Notes: a model not told the origin generated them from the sequence alone. 32,000 nt of DNA from Corynebacterium glutamicum ATCC 13032 (GCF_000011325.1 NC_003450.3:3120001-3152000); one strand, 5' to 3'; counted from the stretch's first letter, positions 15,854-23,357 are shown. Made by a program: numbers and translations.

Positions 15854-16492
15854 CTACAGCAGCCCCTGCTCACGTGCGGCTGCGACAGCGGAGGTACGTG
15901 ACCGCACGCCGAGCTTGTCGTAGATGTGCACGAGGTGGGATTTCACCGTGGCTTCTGAGAGGAAGAGGATACGGCCAATGTCGCGGTTGGAGGATCCACC
16001 GGCAACCAGCTTGAGAACTTCCAGTTCACGTGGGGTGAGTGAGGTTTTGGGGGTGCGCACGCGAGTCATCAGGCGGTTCGCAACCATGGGTGACAGTGTG
16101 GAGTCACCTTCTGCTGCGGATCGTACTGCTGCCAGGAGTTCGCTCGGTGGGGCGTCTTTGAGCAGGTAGCCCAGTGCGCCGGCTTCGATTGCGCCGAGGA
16201 TGTCTGTGTCGGTGTCGTAGTTGGTCACGACCAGGACTTTTGGCGGGTTATCGATGTTTCGCTTGATGGCTGCGGTGGCGTCTGCGCCTGTGGAAACCTG
16301 GGTTCCTTGGACGCCGGGGCCGAATCGGAGGTCCATCAAGATGACGTCGATTCCGCCTTCTTGGGCTGCCTGCACCGCACCTTCGGCGGTGGAGACTTCG
16401 CCCACCACTTCAATGTCCTCGGCGCTTTCCAGCACAGCTCGGAGTCCGAGCCTCACGATTTCGTGGTCATCAGCAAGCAGCACGCGAATCAT
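15854..16492 (-). CDS. hrrA: NarL/LuxR-type two-component response regulator, recognised as the heme-responsive regulator HrrA type
   Basis: 212-aa ORF with a REC domain (MIRVLLADDHEIVRLGL...DVILMDLRF) and a LuxR HTH (LTPRELEVLKLVAGGSSNRDIGRILFLSEATVKSHLVHIYDKLGV). The gene name comes from my recollection of the C. glutamicum sodA...hrrA-hrrS...mcbR neighbourhood. Confidence 0.85.
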   Translation of the reverse strand: MIRVLLADDHEIVRLGLRAVLESAEDIEVVGEVSTAEGAVQAAQEGGIDVILMDLRFGPGVQGTQVSTGADATAAIKRNIDNPPKVLVVTNYDTDTDILGAIEAGALGYLLKDAPPSELLAAVRSAAEGDSTLSPMVANRLMTRVRTPKTSLTPRELEVLKLVAGGSSNRDIGRILFLSEATVKSHLVHIYDKLGVRSRTSAVAAAREQGLL

Positions 16493-16579
16493 TGTTTGAA
16501 CTAGGTCCTTCCCAATGGCGCACTTCGTTTCGAATGAAAATGCGCCTTCAAGAGTATCGATGAGCAGATGAATCGTACT

Positions 16580-16598
16580 TTAGTCTAGCCTTACTCAT
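16580..16598. promoter_or_regulatory. DtxR-box-like 19-mer upstream of hrrA
   Basis: TTAGTCTAGCCTTACTCAT matches the C. glutamicum DtxR consensus TTAGGTTAGCCTAACCTAA at 13/19 positions, with the central TAGCCT core intact. It lies about 90 nt upstream of the hrrA start and overlaps the hrrS stop codon. Confidence 0.4.
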
Positions 16599-17925
16599 CG
16601 TCAGTTGGAGAACTTAGTTCAACCTCGCCTGTAGCACTTGAGTCCGAATCTGCCAAAACCGGCGCCCCGACAAACCCCTCTGGTGGCTCCACCGGCAATG
16701 CTGCAGATACCGCAGTACCCTGCCCATATGCAGATTCCACTATAACTTCGCCGTGCAATTCCATCGCACGCTGCTGCAATGCGGTTAAGCCGATATGGCC
16801 AAGGCCAGCGGGGGTACTGGACACTTCCGAAGGCTCAAAACCCACACCGTCATCAACCACATCAAGGCGTACTTCTGTGTCTTCGTAGGTTAGTGTCACG
16901 TGGCAGTTTTTCGCCTCTGAATGTTTCGCCACATTTCCGATCGCACCTTGAGCAATTCGCAGAAGGGTGGCTTCAGTTTTCATGGGCAGTTGGCGAACAT
17001 CACCGTCGACAGAAATCACAAAATTAATACCCAACAACGGTTCTGTGACGCGGTGAAGTGCTGCTTCCAAGGAGGTTTTAGACAGCGCTGCCGGTTGCAA
17101 CGCCGCAATCATCGCGCGAGCCTCACTGAGATTGTCGGAGGCTGTTTGTCGGGCAAGGCGCATCTTCTTCACGATCGCCTCCTTTGGCTTCTCTTCCATC
17201 TCAGCAACGAGAATCTCCTGTTCAGAGACATGCAGCAGCATTTGAATGGAGGAGAGTCCCTGGGCGACCGTGTCATGAATTTCATGCGCAATACGTTGAC
17301 GTTCCGCAGCAATACCCGCATTTCGTTCCGTCACCGCCAGCTGGGAGCGAGTTTCAATCAACTGATCAATCAATTCCTGCTTTTCATTATTCACCCGCCA
17401 CAACGTGCGGAACGCGTAATCAATAGCCACGGTCACGATCGCAGAGACCACCGGACCCATCACACCACCAAAGGTCAACCCCACGGAATACTGGCTGGCA
17501 ATCGCAATCGCTGTCGCACCCAAAATCGCAATAATGCCTCTCACGTCAGGCATCACCTGTAGATAGAGGAAAAACAGCGGGAACAGCAGATAAATGGACA
17601 CGGGCACGATCGGCACCATAAAAATCCACACCAGCGTCAGCACAAACAGCCAGCCCAGCTGCATGCCGTGGCTCAAATCTACGCGTTTGGTTGATCCATA
17701 GAAGTACAGAAAACCCCACACAAACAACAGCACGCACGACAGCGCAAACATCGGCAGCGTCAGGCGGGCGGAAGCTCCCAACCCCACGACCAGCAGCGAG
17801 GCTGTCAAAATGTGGATACTGTTGCGATAGCTCATCGCGCCCGGTTGATTCCCCTTCTTCACAAGGGTTTCAACATCGAGCTCATTGCGTCCGGTTTCCG
17901 ACACACGATCTAGGCTTGACTGCAT
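16591..17925 (-). CDS. hrrS: Sensor histidine kinase (HisKA_3/NarX-DesK type) with a 6-TMS N-terminal domain, HrrS type
   Basis: The H-box is RIAHEIHDTVAQGLSSI and the HATPase_c region includes GNVAKHS and DDGVGF. The ORF is open to 18081. ATG 17925 (444 aa) puts the H-box His at residue 217, which matches my memory of the published HrrS numbering. ATG 17834 (414 aa, MSYRNSIH...) is an alternative start. Confidence 0.8.
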   Translation of the reverse strand: MQSSLDRVSETGRNELDVETLVKKGNQPGAMSYRNSIHILTASLLVVGLGASARLTLPMFALSCVLLFVWGFLYFYGSTKRVDLSHGMQLGWLFVLTLVWIFMVPIVPVSIYLLFPLFFLYLQVMPDVRGIIAILGATAIAIASQYSVGLTFGGVMGPVVSAIVTVAIDYAFRTLWRVNNEKQELIDQLIETRSQLAVTERNAGIAAERQRIAHEIHDTVAQGLSSIQMLLHVSEQEILVAEMEEKPKEAIVKKMRLARQTASDNLSEARAMIAALQPAALSKTSLEAALHRVTEPLLGINFVISVDGDVRQLPMKTEATLLRIAQGAIGNVAKHSEAKNCHVTLTYEDTEVRLDVVDDGVGFEPSEVSSTPAGLGHIGLTALQQRAMELHGEVIVESAYGQGTAVSAALPVEPPEGFVGAPVLADSDSSATGEVELSSPTDDE

Positions 17926-18475
17926 GCGTCGTACATTACCTACTATCCTCGCTGCTTCCATCATGCTCACCGCTTGTACCCCGGCGGAACCTGAAGCAAC
18001 CCCAGAGACCACCACCGAGGCAGCCCCGGAAGTAATTACTGACGGCCTTCCCATCGACGCGATGCCCGCGGTCGAACGCACCGCACAAACCGCATGCCCC
18101 TACCTGGGCACCGACTGGGTCGCCGATACCAACGGCCAGCGCGTCACGGGTTACGGCACAGACGAACGCTTTTCGACGCCCTCCTGCGTTTTTTACTCCT
18201 ACCCCGAAGAACCACAACTCACGGTGATTGTCCGCGATATGGCCACCACGGATGACGCTATCGCGGTAGTGGATTGGGCAGCCCCCATCGATTCCACTGA
18301 GCCCGCTGAGGAACCCGCAGGGTGGTCCGGTGGCCGCCGAGGTGGAAACGATACTTCAGGCGCACTCTACGCGGTTCAAAACGGCCCCACCGCGGTCATC
18401 GTGTTCACCAATCAGGATCAATCCCTCAAAGCGCAGTTAATCGCTGAGGAAGTAATCCAGAATCTTGGTCTCTAA
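17924..18475 (+). CDS. Lipoprotein of unknown function (183 aa)
   Basis: The ATG at 17924 gives MRRTLPTILAASIMLTAC with the lipobox L-T-A-C, followed by a Pro/Glu/Thr-rich linker and a globular domain with two further Cys residues. The longer listed ORF (from 17885) lacks a signal-peptide-like N-terminus. Confidence 0.75.
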   Translation: MRRTLPTILAASIMLTACTPAEPEATPETTTEAAPEVITDGLPIDAMPAVERTAQTACPYLGTDWVADTNGQRVTGYGTDERFSTPSCVFYSYPEEPQLTVIVRDMATTDDAIAVVDWAAPIDSTEPAEEPAGWSGGRRGGNDTSGALYAVQNGPTAVIVFTNQDQSLKAQLIAEEVIQNLGL

Positions 18476-18478
18476 CTA

Positions 18479-18631
18479 TTAGAAGGCCACATCGTTATAT
18501 GGCATCAGTGTGGACACCCATGGGAACACAACATCCATGAGGAGGAAGAACACCAACACAATGAGCGCCAATACGATGAGAAGTTTTACAAACCAAGGTC
18601 CTGGAAGATAGTGCCACAGAAGTGAATACAT
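18479..18631 (-). CDS. 50-aa single-pass membrane micro-protein, translationally coupled to the sortase gene (below the ORF-track size cutoff)
   Basis: The translation is MYSLLWHYLPGPWFVKLLIVLALIVLVFFLLMDVVFPWVSTLMPYNDVAF*. Its ATG (18631-18629) directly abuts the sortase TAA (18634-18632), reading TAAATG. It has a hydrophobic core of about 22 residues. Confidence 0.6.
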   Translation of the reverse strand: MYSLLWHYLPGPWFVKLLIVLALIVLVFFLLMDVVFPWVSTLMPYNDVAF

Positions 18632-19456
18632 TTAGTTTTCCTCCAAAGCTGCAGGGCGTTCGCCACTTGATTTATCGATTTCTTCCACCAACATTGCGTG
18701 CACAATCATGCGCTCAGCGTTGGAGAACTGCGGGTGACACGTGGTCAAGGTAAGCAGAGCTTCTGATCCTTCACGCACTGCAGTGTCGAAGACGCCCGGT
18801 GTGGGGTAGGTGGCATCGATGCGATCCGGAGTGGTGATGCTTCGTCCGGACACATTCACATAGTCACCTTCAGCCATGCGGCTGACCTGGTTTTCGTTGA
18901 AGCAATCCGCAGCTTCTGCTGCACGATCTGCACCGTTGGTGGACATCGGCATCACGCGGTACACATCCCAGGAATTGTAAGTCTCCACCACGATCGCATC
19001 GCAGACTTCCAGGTTTCCTAGATCATTGAATGGCGCACCCTTGCCCACTCGGTGGCCTGCCACTGCAAAGTTTCCGGCTTCACCAGGCATTTGGGAATCC
19101 ACATAACGGCCAGGACCGGCAAGAAGGTCTTCCTCATCGGTTCCTTCAATCACTGCGAAGTTGAAGTCAGAGCCGAAAGCTGGAACATACATCCGGGCAA
19201 ATGCCTCACCAAGTTCCGGGGTGAGCTTTTGTCGAGGATTCACCCGAGCTTCATTCCAGTCTTCATCAAGCTTTTGACCAGCCGATTCTTGTAATTTCCC
19301 AGATTCCACGTTGGTCCAATAGGCCTCATAGTATGCGAATAACAAGGCCAAAATGCCTACGGTGAGCAAGATTTCACCAACAACCTGGGAAACACTCACT
19401 CGAGGCCGCGGCTTTTTACCATTGCGAGAAGATTCCGCGCTTAACGTGGCTGTCAT
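18632..19456 (-). CDS. srtE: Class E sortase
   Basis: 274-aa ORF with an N-terminal membrane anchor (VVGEILLTVGILALLFAYYEAYW), catalytic His (AGHRVGKGAPF), TLxTC motif (LLTLTTCHPQF) and conserved Arg (AERMIVHA). Confidence 0.9.
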   Translation of the reverse strand: MTATLSAESSRNGKKPRPRVSVSQVVGEILLTVGILALLFAYYEAYWTNVESGKLQESAGQKLDEDWNEARVNPRQKLTPELGEAFARMYVPAFGSDFNFAVIEGTDEEDLLAGPGRYVDSQMPGEAGNFAVAGHRVGKGAPFNDLGNLEVCDAIVVETYNSWDVYRVMPMSTNGADRAAEAADCFNENQVSRMAEGDYVNVSGRSITTPDRIDATYPTPGVFDTAVREGSEALLTLTTCHPQFSNAERMIVHAMLVEEIDKSSGERPAALEEN

Positions 19457-19687
19457 CGTTACTGTTTTCGTCCAAAATCTTTGTTAGGCGAATCTCAACG
19501 TCCTTTTAGGTACCCGTACTTTCAGACACGTACCATGAGACAAGTGCACATGAGATCAATTCATATCTCAAACATTGTACATCTGATCAGCAATAGCGAT
19601 TATTGCTTGATTGTGTGTTTTTAGATCTTCGGTTCTCTTCACTCAACTGCTGTGAAGTGCCACCTGTTTGGAAAGGCGAACACGATA

Positions 19688-20956
19688 GTGCTCGATATTT
19701 TGATTTACCCGGTGTCTGGAGTGATGAAGCTGTGGCACCTGCTTCTTCACAACGTTGCGGGTTTGGACGATTCACTGGCGTGGTTCTTTTCCCTTTTCGG
19801 CCTTGTCATCACGATCCGTGCAATTATCGCGCCTTTCACCTGGCAGATGTATAAGTCGGGCCGCACTGCCGCACATATTCGTCCTCACCGCGCTGCGCTC
19901 CGGGAAGAATACAAGGGAAAGTACGATGAAGCGTCCATTCGGGAGTTGCAGAAGCGCCAGAATGATTTGAATAAGGAATACGGCATTAACCCGCTGGCAG
20001 GTTGTGTGCCTGGGCTGATCCAGATACCGATTGTCCTTGGTCTTTACTGGGCACTTCTCCGCATGGCTCGCCCTGAAGGTGGTTTGGAAAATCCCGTCTT
20101 CCAGTCGATCGGCTTCCTAACTCCTGAGGAAGTGGAATCTTTCCTCGCTGGTCGCGTGAGCAATGTGCCTCTGCCCGCTTATGTTTCGATGCCCACTGAG
20201 CAGCTAAAATATTTGAGCACCACGCAGGCGGAAGTTCTTAGTTTCGTTTTGCCACTGTTCATCACAGCCGCAATCCTCACCGCAATCAACATGGCGATGT
20301 CCATGTACCGCAGCTTCCAAACCAACGATTACGCATCCGGATTCTCTAACGGCATGCTGAAGTTCATGATCGTGATGTCGATCCTCGCGCCGATCTTCCC
20401 ACTGTCCCTTGGCCTCACAGGACCATTCCCCACAGCAATCGCACTCTATTGGGTCAGCAACAACCTGTGGACGCTCCTCCAAACAATCATCATGATGGTC
20501 ATTTTGGAACGCAAATACCCACTTACCGACGATTTCAAAGTGCACCACCTAGAGCAGCGCGACATCTACCGCGCAAAACAAAAAGAAAAGCGCATCTTCC
20601 TGTGGACACGACGCAAAAACCGCGCCCTGATGATTCTCACCCCATGGAACGCCTCAACGCTTCACGCAACAAACGTGGAACTCACCAAAACCCGTACTGC
20701 CGAAATCAACGAAGCAAAACAGGCCCGCAAAGAAATCGCGAACAAGAGGCGCGAAACGCAACGTGAAATGAACCGCGCCGCCATGCAGCGCTTAAAGCAG
20801 CGTCGCGCTGAGGTTAAAGCTAAAAAGAAGGGGCTTATCGACGCCTCCCCCAACGAAGATACCCCTTCGGAAAATGAAGAAACTAAATTGAGTAGTCCGC
20901 AGGTGGAGCCGACAACAACTGCCGAGCCAAATCGCGAGCCGTCTCAAGAGGACTGA
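19688..20956 (+). CDS. yidC: YidC/Oxa1-family membrane protein insertase with a long basic C-terminal tail
   Basis: YidC core motifs are present (GINPLAGCVPGLIQIPIVLGLYWAL, ALYWVSNNLWTLLQ). The C-terminal ~120 aa are K/R/E-rich. I chose GTG 19688 (MLDILIYPVSGVMKLWH) by analogy to actinobacterial YidC N-termini; ATG 19652 and ATG 19724 are alternatives. Confidence 0.85.
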   Translation: MLDILIYPVSGVMKLWHLLLHNVAGLDDSLAWFFSLFGLVITIRAIIAPFTWQMYKSGRTAAHIRPHRAALREEYKGKYDEASIRELQKRQNDLNKEYGINPLAGCVPGLIQIPIVLGLYWALLRMARPEGGLENPVFQSIGFLTPEEVESFLAGRVSNVPLPAYVSMPTEQLKYLSTTQAEVLSFVLPLFITAAILTAINMAMSMYRSFQTNDYASGFSNGMLKFMIVMSILAPIFPLSLGLTGPFPTAIALYWVSNNLWTLLQTIIMMVILERKYPLTDDFKVHHLEQRDIYRAKQKEKRIFLWTRRKNRALMILTPWNASTLHATNVELTKTRTAEINEAKQARKEIANKRRETQREMNRAAMQRLKQRRAEVKAKKKGLIDASPNEDTPSENEETKLSSPQVEPTTTAEPNREPSQED

Positions 20957-21524
20957 TGTTGTGGACCAATCGAGATCCAGCAAGTCCACCATCAAGGAAC
21001 ACCAACAGCTGATTCGCCTGGGTGGTGCCTGGGTAGCCGTTCTTCTCAGTGAGCAAATCAGTCAGAGTCTTATGACACCACTCGCGGTGCTCTAACACTG
21101 CTGCAACAATGCCCTTTTCGCTATCAGTTTCGGGGCGAGGGTACTCACTAGCCGCATTCTGAAAGTGCGAGCCGCGGAAATCTTTTTCTGGTTCTTCCTC
21201 AATGCACTGATCAAAGAACGCGATGATTTTATCTTCCGGATCCTTCATACCGACGGTGCGCTCACGCCACGCTTCACGCCACAGCTGATCGAGGTTCTCC
21301 AGGTATGCAATAACCAAGGCGTCCTTCGATCCGAAAAGGGAATAGAGGCTCGCCTTCGCCACGTCAGCTTCACGGAGGATACGATCAATACCGATGACGC
21401 GAATACCTTCTGTGGTGAAAAGGTTGGTTGCGCTATCGAGGAGACGCTGTCGGGGGCTTGGTCGATTGCGACGACGGTTTGCCCCGGCACTTGTTTTACT
21501 CTTGCCTGAAGCGCTAGCAGCCAC
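20883..21524 (-). CDS. mcbR: TetR-family transcriptional regulator, recognised as the McbR (sulfur/methionine-cysteine metabolism repressor) type
   Basis: The TetR HTH is RLLDSATNLFTTEGIRVIGIDRILREADVAKASLYSLFGSKDALVIAYL. I chose GTG 21524 (MAASASGKSKTSAGANRRRN..., 213 aa); the ORF is open to 21593. The gene name comes from my recollection of C. glutamicum McbR and its position next to yidC. Confidence 0.8.
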   Translation of the reverse strand: MAASASGKSKTSAGANRRRNRPSPRQRLLDSATNLFTTEGIRVIGIDRILREADVAKASLYSLFGSKDALVIAYLENLDQLWREAWRERTVGMKDPEDKIIAFFDQCIEEEPEKDFRGSHFQNAASEYPRPETDSEKGIVAAVLEHREWCHKTLTDLLTEKNGYPGTTQANQLLVFLDGGLAGSRLVHNISPLETARDLARQLLSAPPADYSI

Positions 21525-21654
21525 GTTCGGCCACGTCCTTTCGGGTTGGTCTGTTTCAAGATACGACGAACTGTCTAACACCAATATAGACAAACCGGTT
21601 CGTATAGTTTTAATCCACAGGCAAGTCTAGCGCTTTTTCCACCCCAAAATGACC

Positions 21655-21688
21655 AAAAGGCCTGTTGATATCGAAATATCAACAGGCC
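21655..21688 (-). terminator. Rho-independent terminator of the GlsB/YeaQ-family gene
   Basis: 13-bp perfect stem (ggcctgttgatat 21659-21671 / atatcaacaggcc 21676-21688), loop cgaa, and a U-run on the minus strand (complement of aaaa 21655-21658). Confidence 0.8.
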
Positions 21689-21706
21689 CTACGGATTTAA
21701 AGCAGA

Positions 21707-21970
21707 TTACTTCTTCCGAGTGAAGAACTGCACGATCGTCAGCAAAATGACAGCACCAATCAGACATGTGATGAAGCTGAAGATCAAGCCGCCACCGGCA
21801 ACATCCACTCCGAAGATTCCAAGCAGCCAGCCGCCTAACAAACCACCGATAATACCGACGACTATGTTCAGCAAAATTCCTTGCTGAGCATCAGTGCCTT
21901 TAATCTTGGAGGCAATCCAACCAGCTAGACCACCAATAATGATCCATGTAATCCAACCTAGGGCAAGCAT
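21707..21970 (-). CDS. GlsB/YeaQ/YmgE-family (transglycosylase-associated) stress membrane protein
   Basis: 87-aa ORF with the typical sequence GWITWIIIGGLAGWIASKI...GILLNIVVGIIGGLLGGWL and three TM helices. An AAAGGAG RBS lies upstream. Confidence 0.9.
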   Translation of the reverse strand: MLALGWITWIIIGGLAGWIASKIKGTDAQQGILLNIVVGIIGGLLGGWLLGIFGVDVAGGGLIFSFITCLIGAVILLTIVQFFTRKK

Positions 21971-22252
21971 GTGGTTCTCCTTTTCTTTCGGTGAATGCTG
22001 CCAATTTTAACCGGCTCCGCTCCAAAGGTGTCGACCTATTCCAATTATTCATTGTATTGTTATTAAAAGGTGATGGCCTAATTTCTCGATTTAAGCGCCC
22101 GAATTCCCCGGAAGGATTAAGTACCTCAGTGGAGATTGGAGAGGCCCTTAGAAGCAATCCTGTGAGGTCAAACTTTTAGGAGTCTCGGCCATGAAATCAC
22201 TCTTTACAAGACAAACCAGGCAGGCGTGACAAGATCGGCGAAAAAGCCGAAC

Positions 22253-22343
22253 TTTTGGCACGTGTGTTCGGTATCTCATTGCCTAAACCAGACGGGCGTG
22301 CCAAAACCTGGCGGAAATCCAGATTCTTGGCACGTCTGTCTGG
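22253..22343. repeat. Three copies of a 19-bp element (consensus TYTTGGCACGYSYGTYYGG), two direct and one inverted
   Basis: Copy A is 22253-22271, TTTTGGCACGTGTGTTCGG. Copy B is 22288-22306 on the opposite strand, TTTTGGCACGCCCGTCTGG. Copy C is 22325-22343, TCTTGGCACGTCTGTCTGG. B and C share 16/19 positions and A and B share 14/19. A and B also form a 10-bp inverted repeat (ttttggcacg / cgtgccaaaa). Confidence 0.6.
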
Positions 22344-22393
22344 CTGCCCTTGGTTTCTCCCTTTCGAATGGCCCGAACTAACCCGCAAACACC

Positions 22394-22436
22394 AATGCCC
22401 CGGCCTCCCTGCACAAAATCAGGAAACCGGGGCATC
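22394..22436 (-). terminator. Possible terminator of the usp gene
   Basis: 9-10-bp stem (aatgccccgg 22394-22403 / ccggggcat 22428-22436) with a large loop. On the minus strand it is followed by the moderately U-rich ttggtgtttg. Confidence 0.4.
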
Positions 22437-22451
22437 GAAACTTAAAAGAAA

Positions 22452-23357
22452 CTACTTCTTAATCTTCTCAGGTGGGCGAACCACCATCATTGGGCACGGT
22501 GCGGATTGCAGCAGTGCGCGGGAGGTGGAGCCAAGGAGCATGCCCTTAAATCCGCCACGACCATGGGAACCAACGACTAGGAGCTGCGCGTTTTCAGATG
22601 CTTCTGCAAGTGCGCGAACTGGGCGGTCACGGGTGATGATCTTCTTGACGGTTACACTTGGGTACTTTTCCACCAGTGGTGCGAGGCGTTCGATCAGCAT
22701 GTCGGTTTGCTGACGTTCCACTTCATCCCACTGCTGTTGAGCAGCTGCAAGACCTGCAAGTGATGCCTGTACCTGCATGTCCATCCAGGTGTGAACTGCA
22801 ACGAGTTCGGCGCCACGAGCTTCAGCTTCCGCAAATGCGTATTCGGTTGCCTGTTGGGAGACTTCGGAGCCATCCACACCGACGACGACTGGGCCGTACT
22901 TGCTGTCTTCGTTGACTGCGCTGTCTTCACGGACAACAACGACTGGACACTTTGCGTGGCTGACCACTGCACCGGAGACGGAGCCCATGACCATTCCGGA
23001 GAGTCCGCCGAGTCCGCGGGAACCCATGACGATCATTGTGGCATCGGGAGACATTTCCAACAGCATGTCGATGGGACTGCCTTCAGCGATGGTGTGCCCG
23101 ATCTTGATTTCTGGCGCTACCTCATGGGCGATGTCACGGGCTTCGTTAATCTTTTCCAGGGCTTCGGCCTGGAGGTCATCGAAAAGCTCTTGTGGTGGAA
23201 CCATTCCCTCTGCGTAGAGGAACTGAGGCATGGTGTAGCTGGAAGCCAAGCGAAGTGGAATGCCACGTTTGTTGGCGGTATTTGCAGCCCACCGAACAGC
23301 TTGTTTTGAGGCGTCCGAGCCATCTACTGCTACGACGACAATGTCTTCAGTGCTCAT
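22452..23357 (-). CDS. uspA: Universal stress protein with two tandem Usp domains
   Basis: I chose ATG 23357 (MSTEDIVVVAVDGSDASKQAV..., 301 aa) because it has a GAAAGG RBS. The longer listed ORF would overlap the upstream LLM gene. There are two Usp repeats, each ending in GSRGLGG/GSHGRGG ... S..V..HA.CPV.VV. Confidence 0.9.
   Translation of the reverse strand: MSTEDIVVVAVDGSDASKQAVRWAANTANKRGIPLRLASSYTMPQFLYAEGMVPPQELFDDLQAEALEKINEARDIAHEVAPEIKIGHTIAEGSPIDMLLEMSPDATMIVMGSRGLGGLSGMVMGSVSGAVVSHAKCPVVVVREDSAVNEDSKYGPVVVGVDGSEVSQQATEYAFAEAEARGAELVAVHTWMDMQVQASLAGLAAAQQQWDEVERQQTDMLIERLAPLVEKYPSVTVKKIITRDRPVRALAEASENAQLLVVGSHGRGGFKGMLLGSTSRALLQSAPCPMMVVRPPEKIKK

Noticed and set aside
16591-18081. 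Maximal ORF extensions: hrrS 496 aa, usp 353 aa (to 23513), MFS 521 aa (to 15341), mcbR 236 aa (to 21593), rluA from 24587, yidC from 19652
   Set aside because: The extensions overlap neighbouring genes or divergent starts, lack family-typical N-termini, and better internal starts exist (RBS, signal or topology logic, leaderless -10 geometry). The exact starts remain uncertain.
22253-22343. TTGGCACG repeats resemble the -24 element (TGGCACG) of sigma-54 promoters
   Set aside because: No TTGC -12 element lies at the required 4-5-nt spacing, and Corynebacterium is not known to encode RpoN. I also checked GAAC...GTTC in copy A as a LexA SOS box, but the spacing (13 nt) is wrong.
22255-22713. 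152-aa plus-strand ORF spanning the intergenic gap and the 3' end of the usp gene
   Set aside because: It is antisense to a well-supported Usp gene for half its length, has odd composition and no RBS, and its start falls inside the repeat element.
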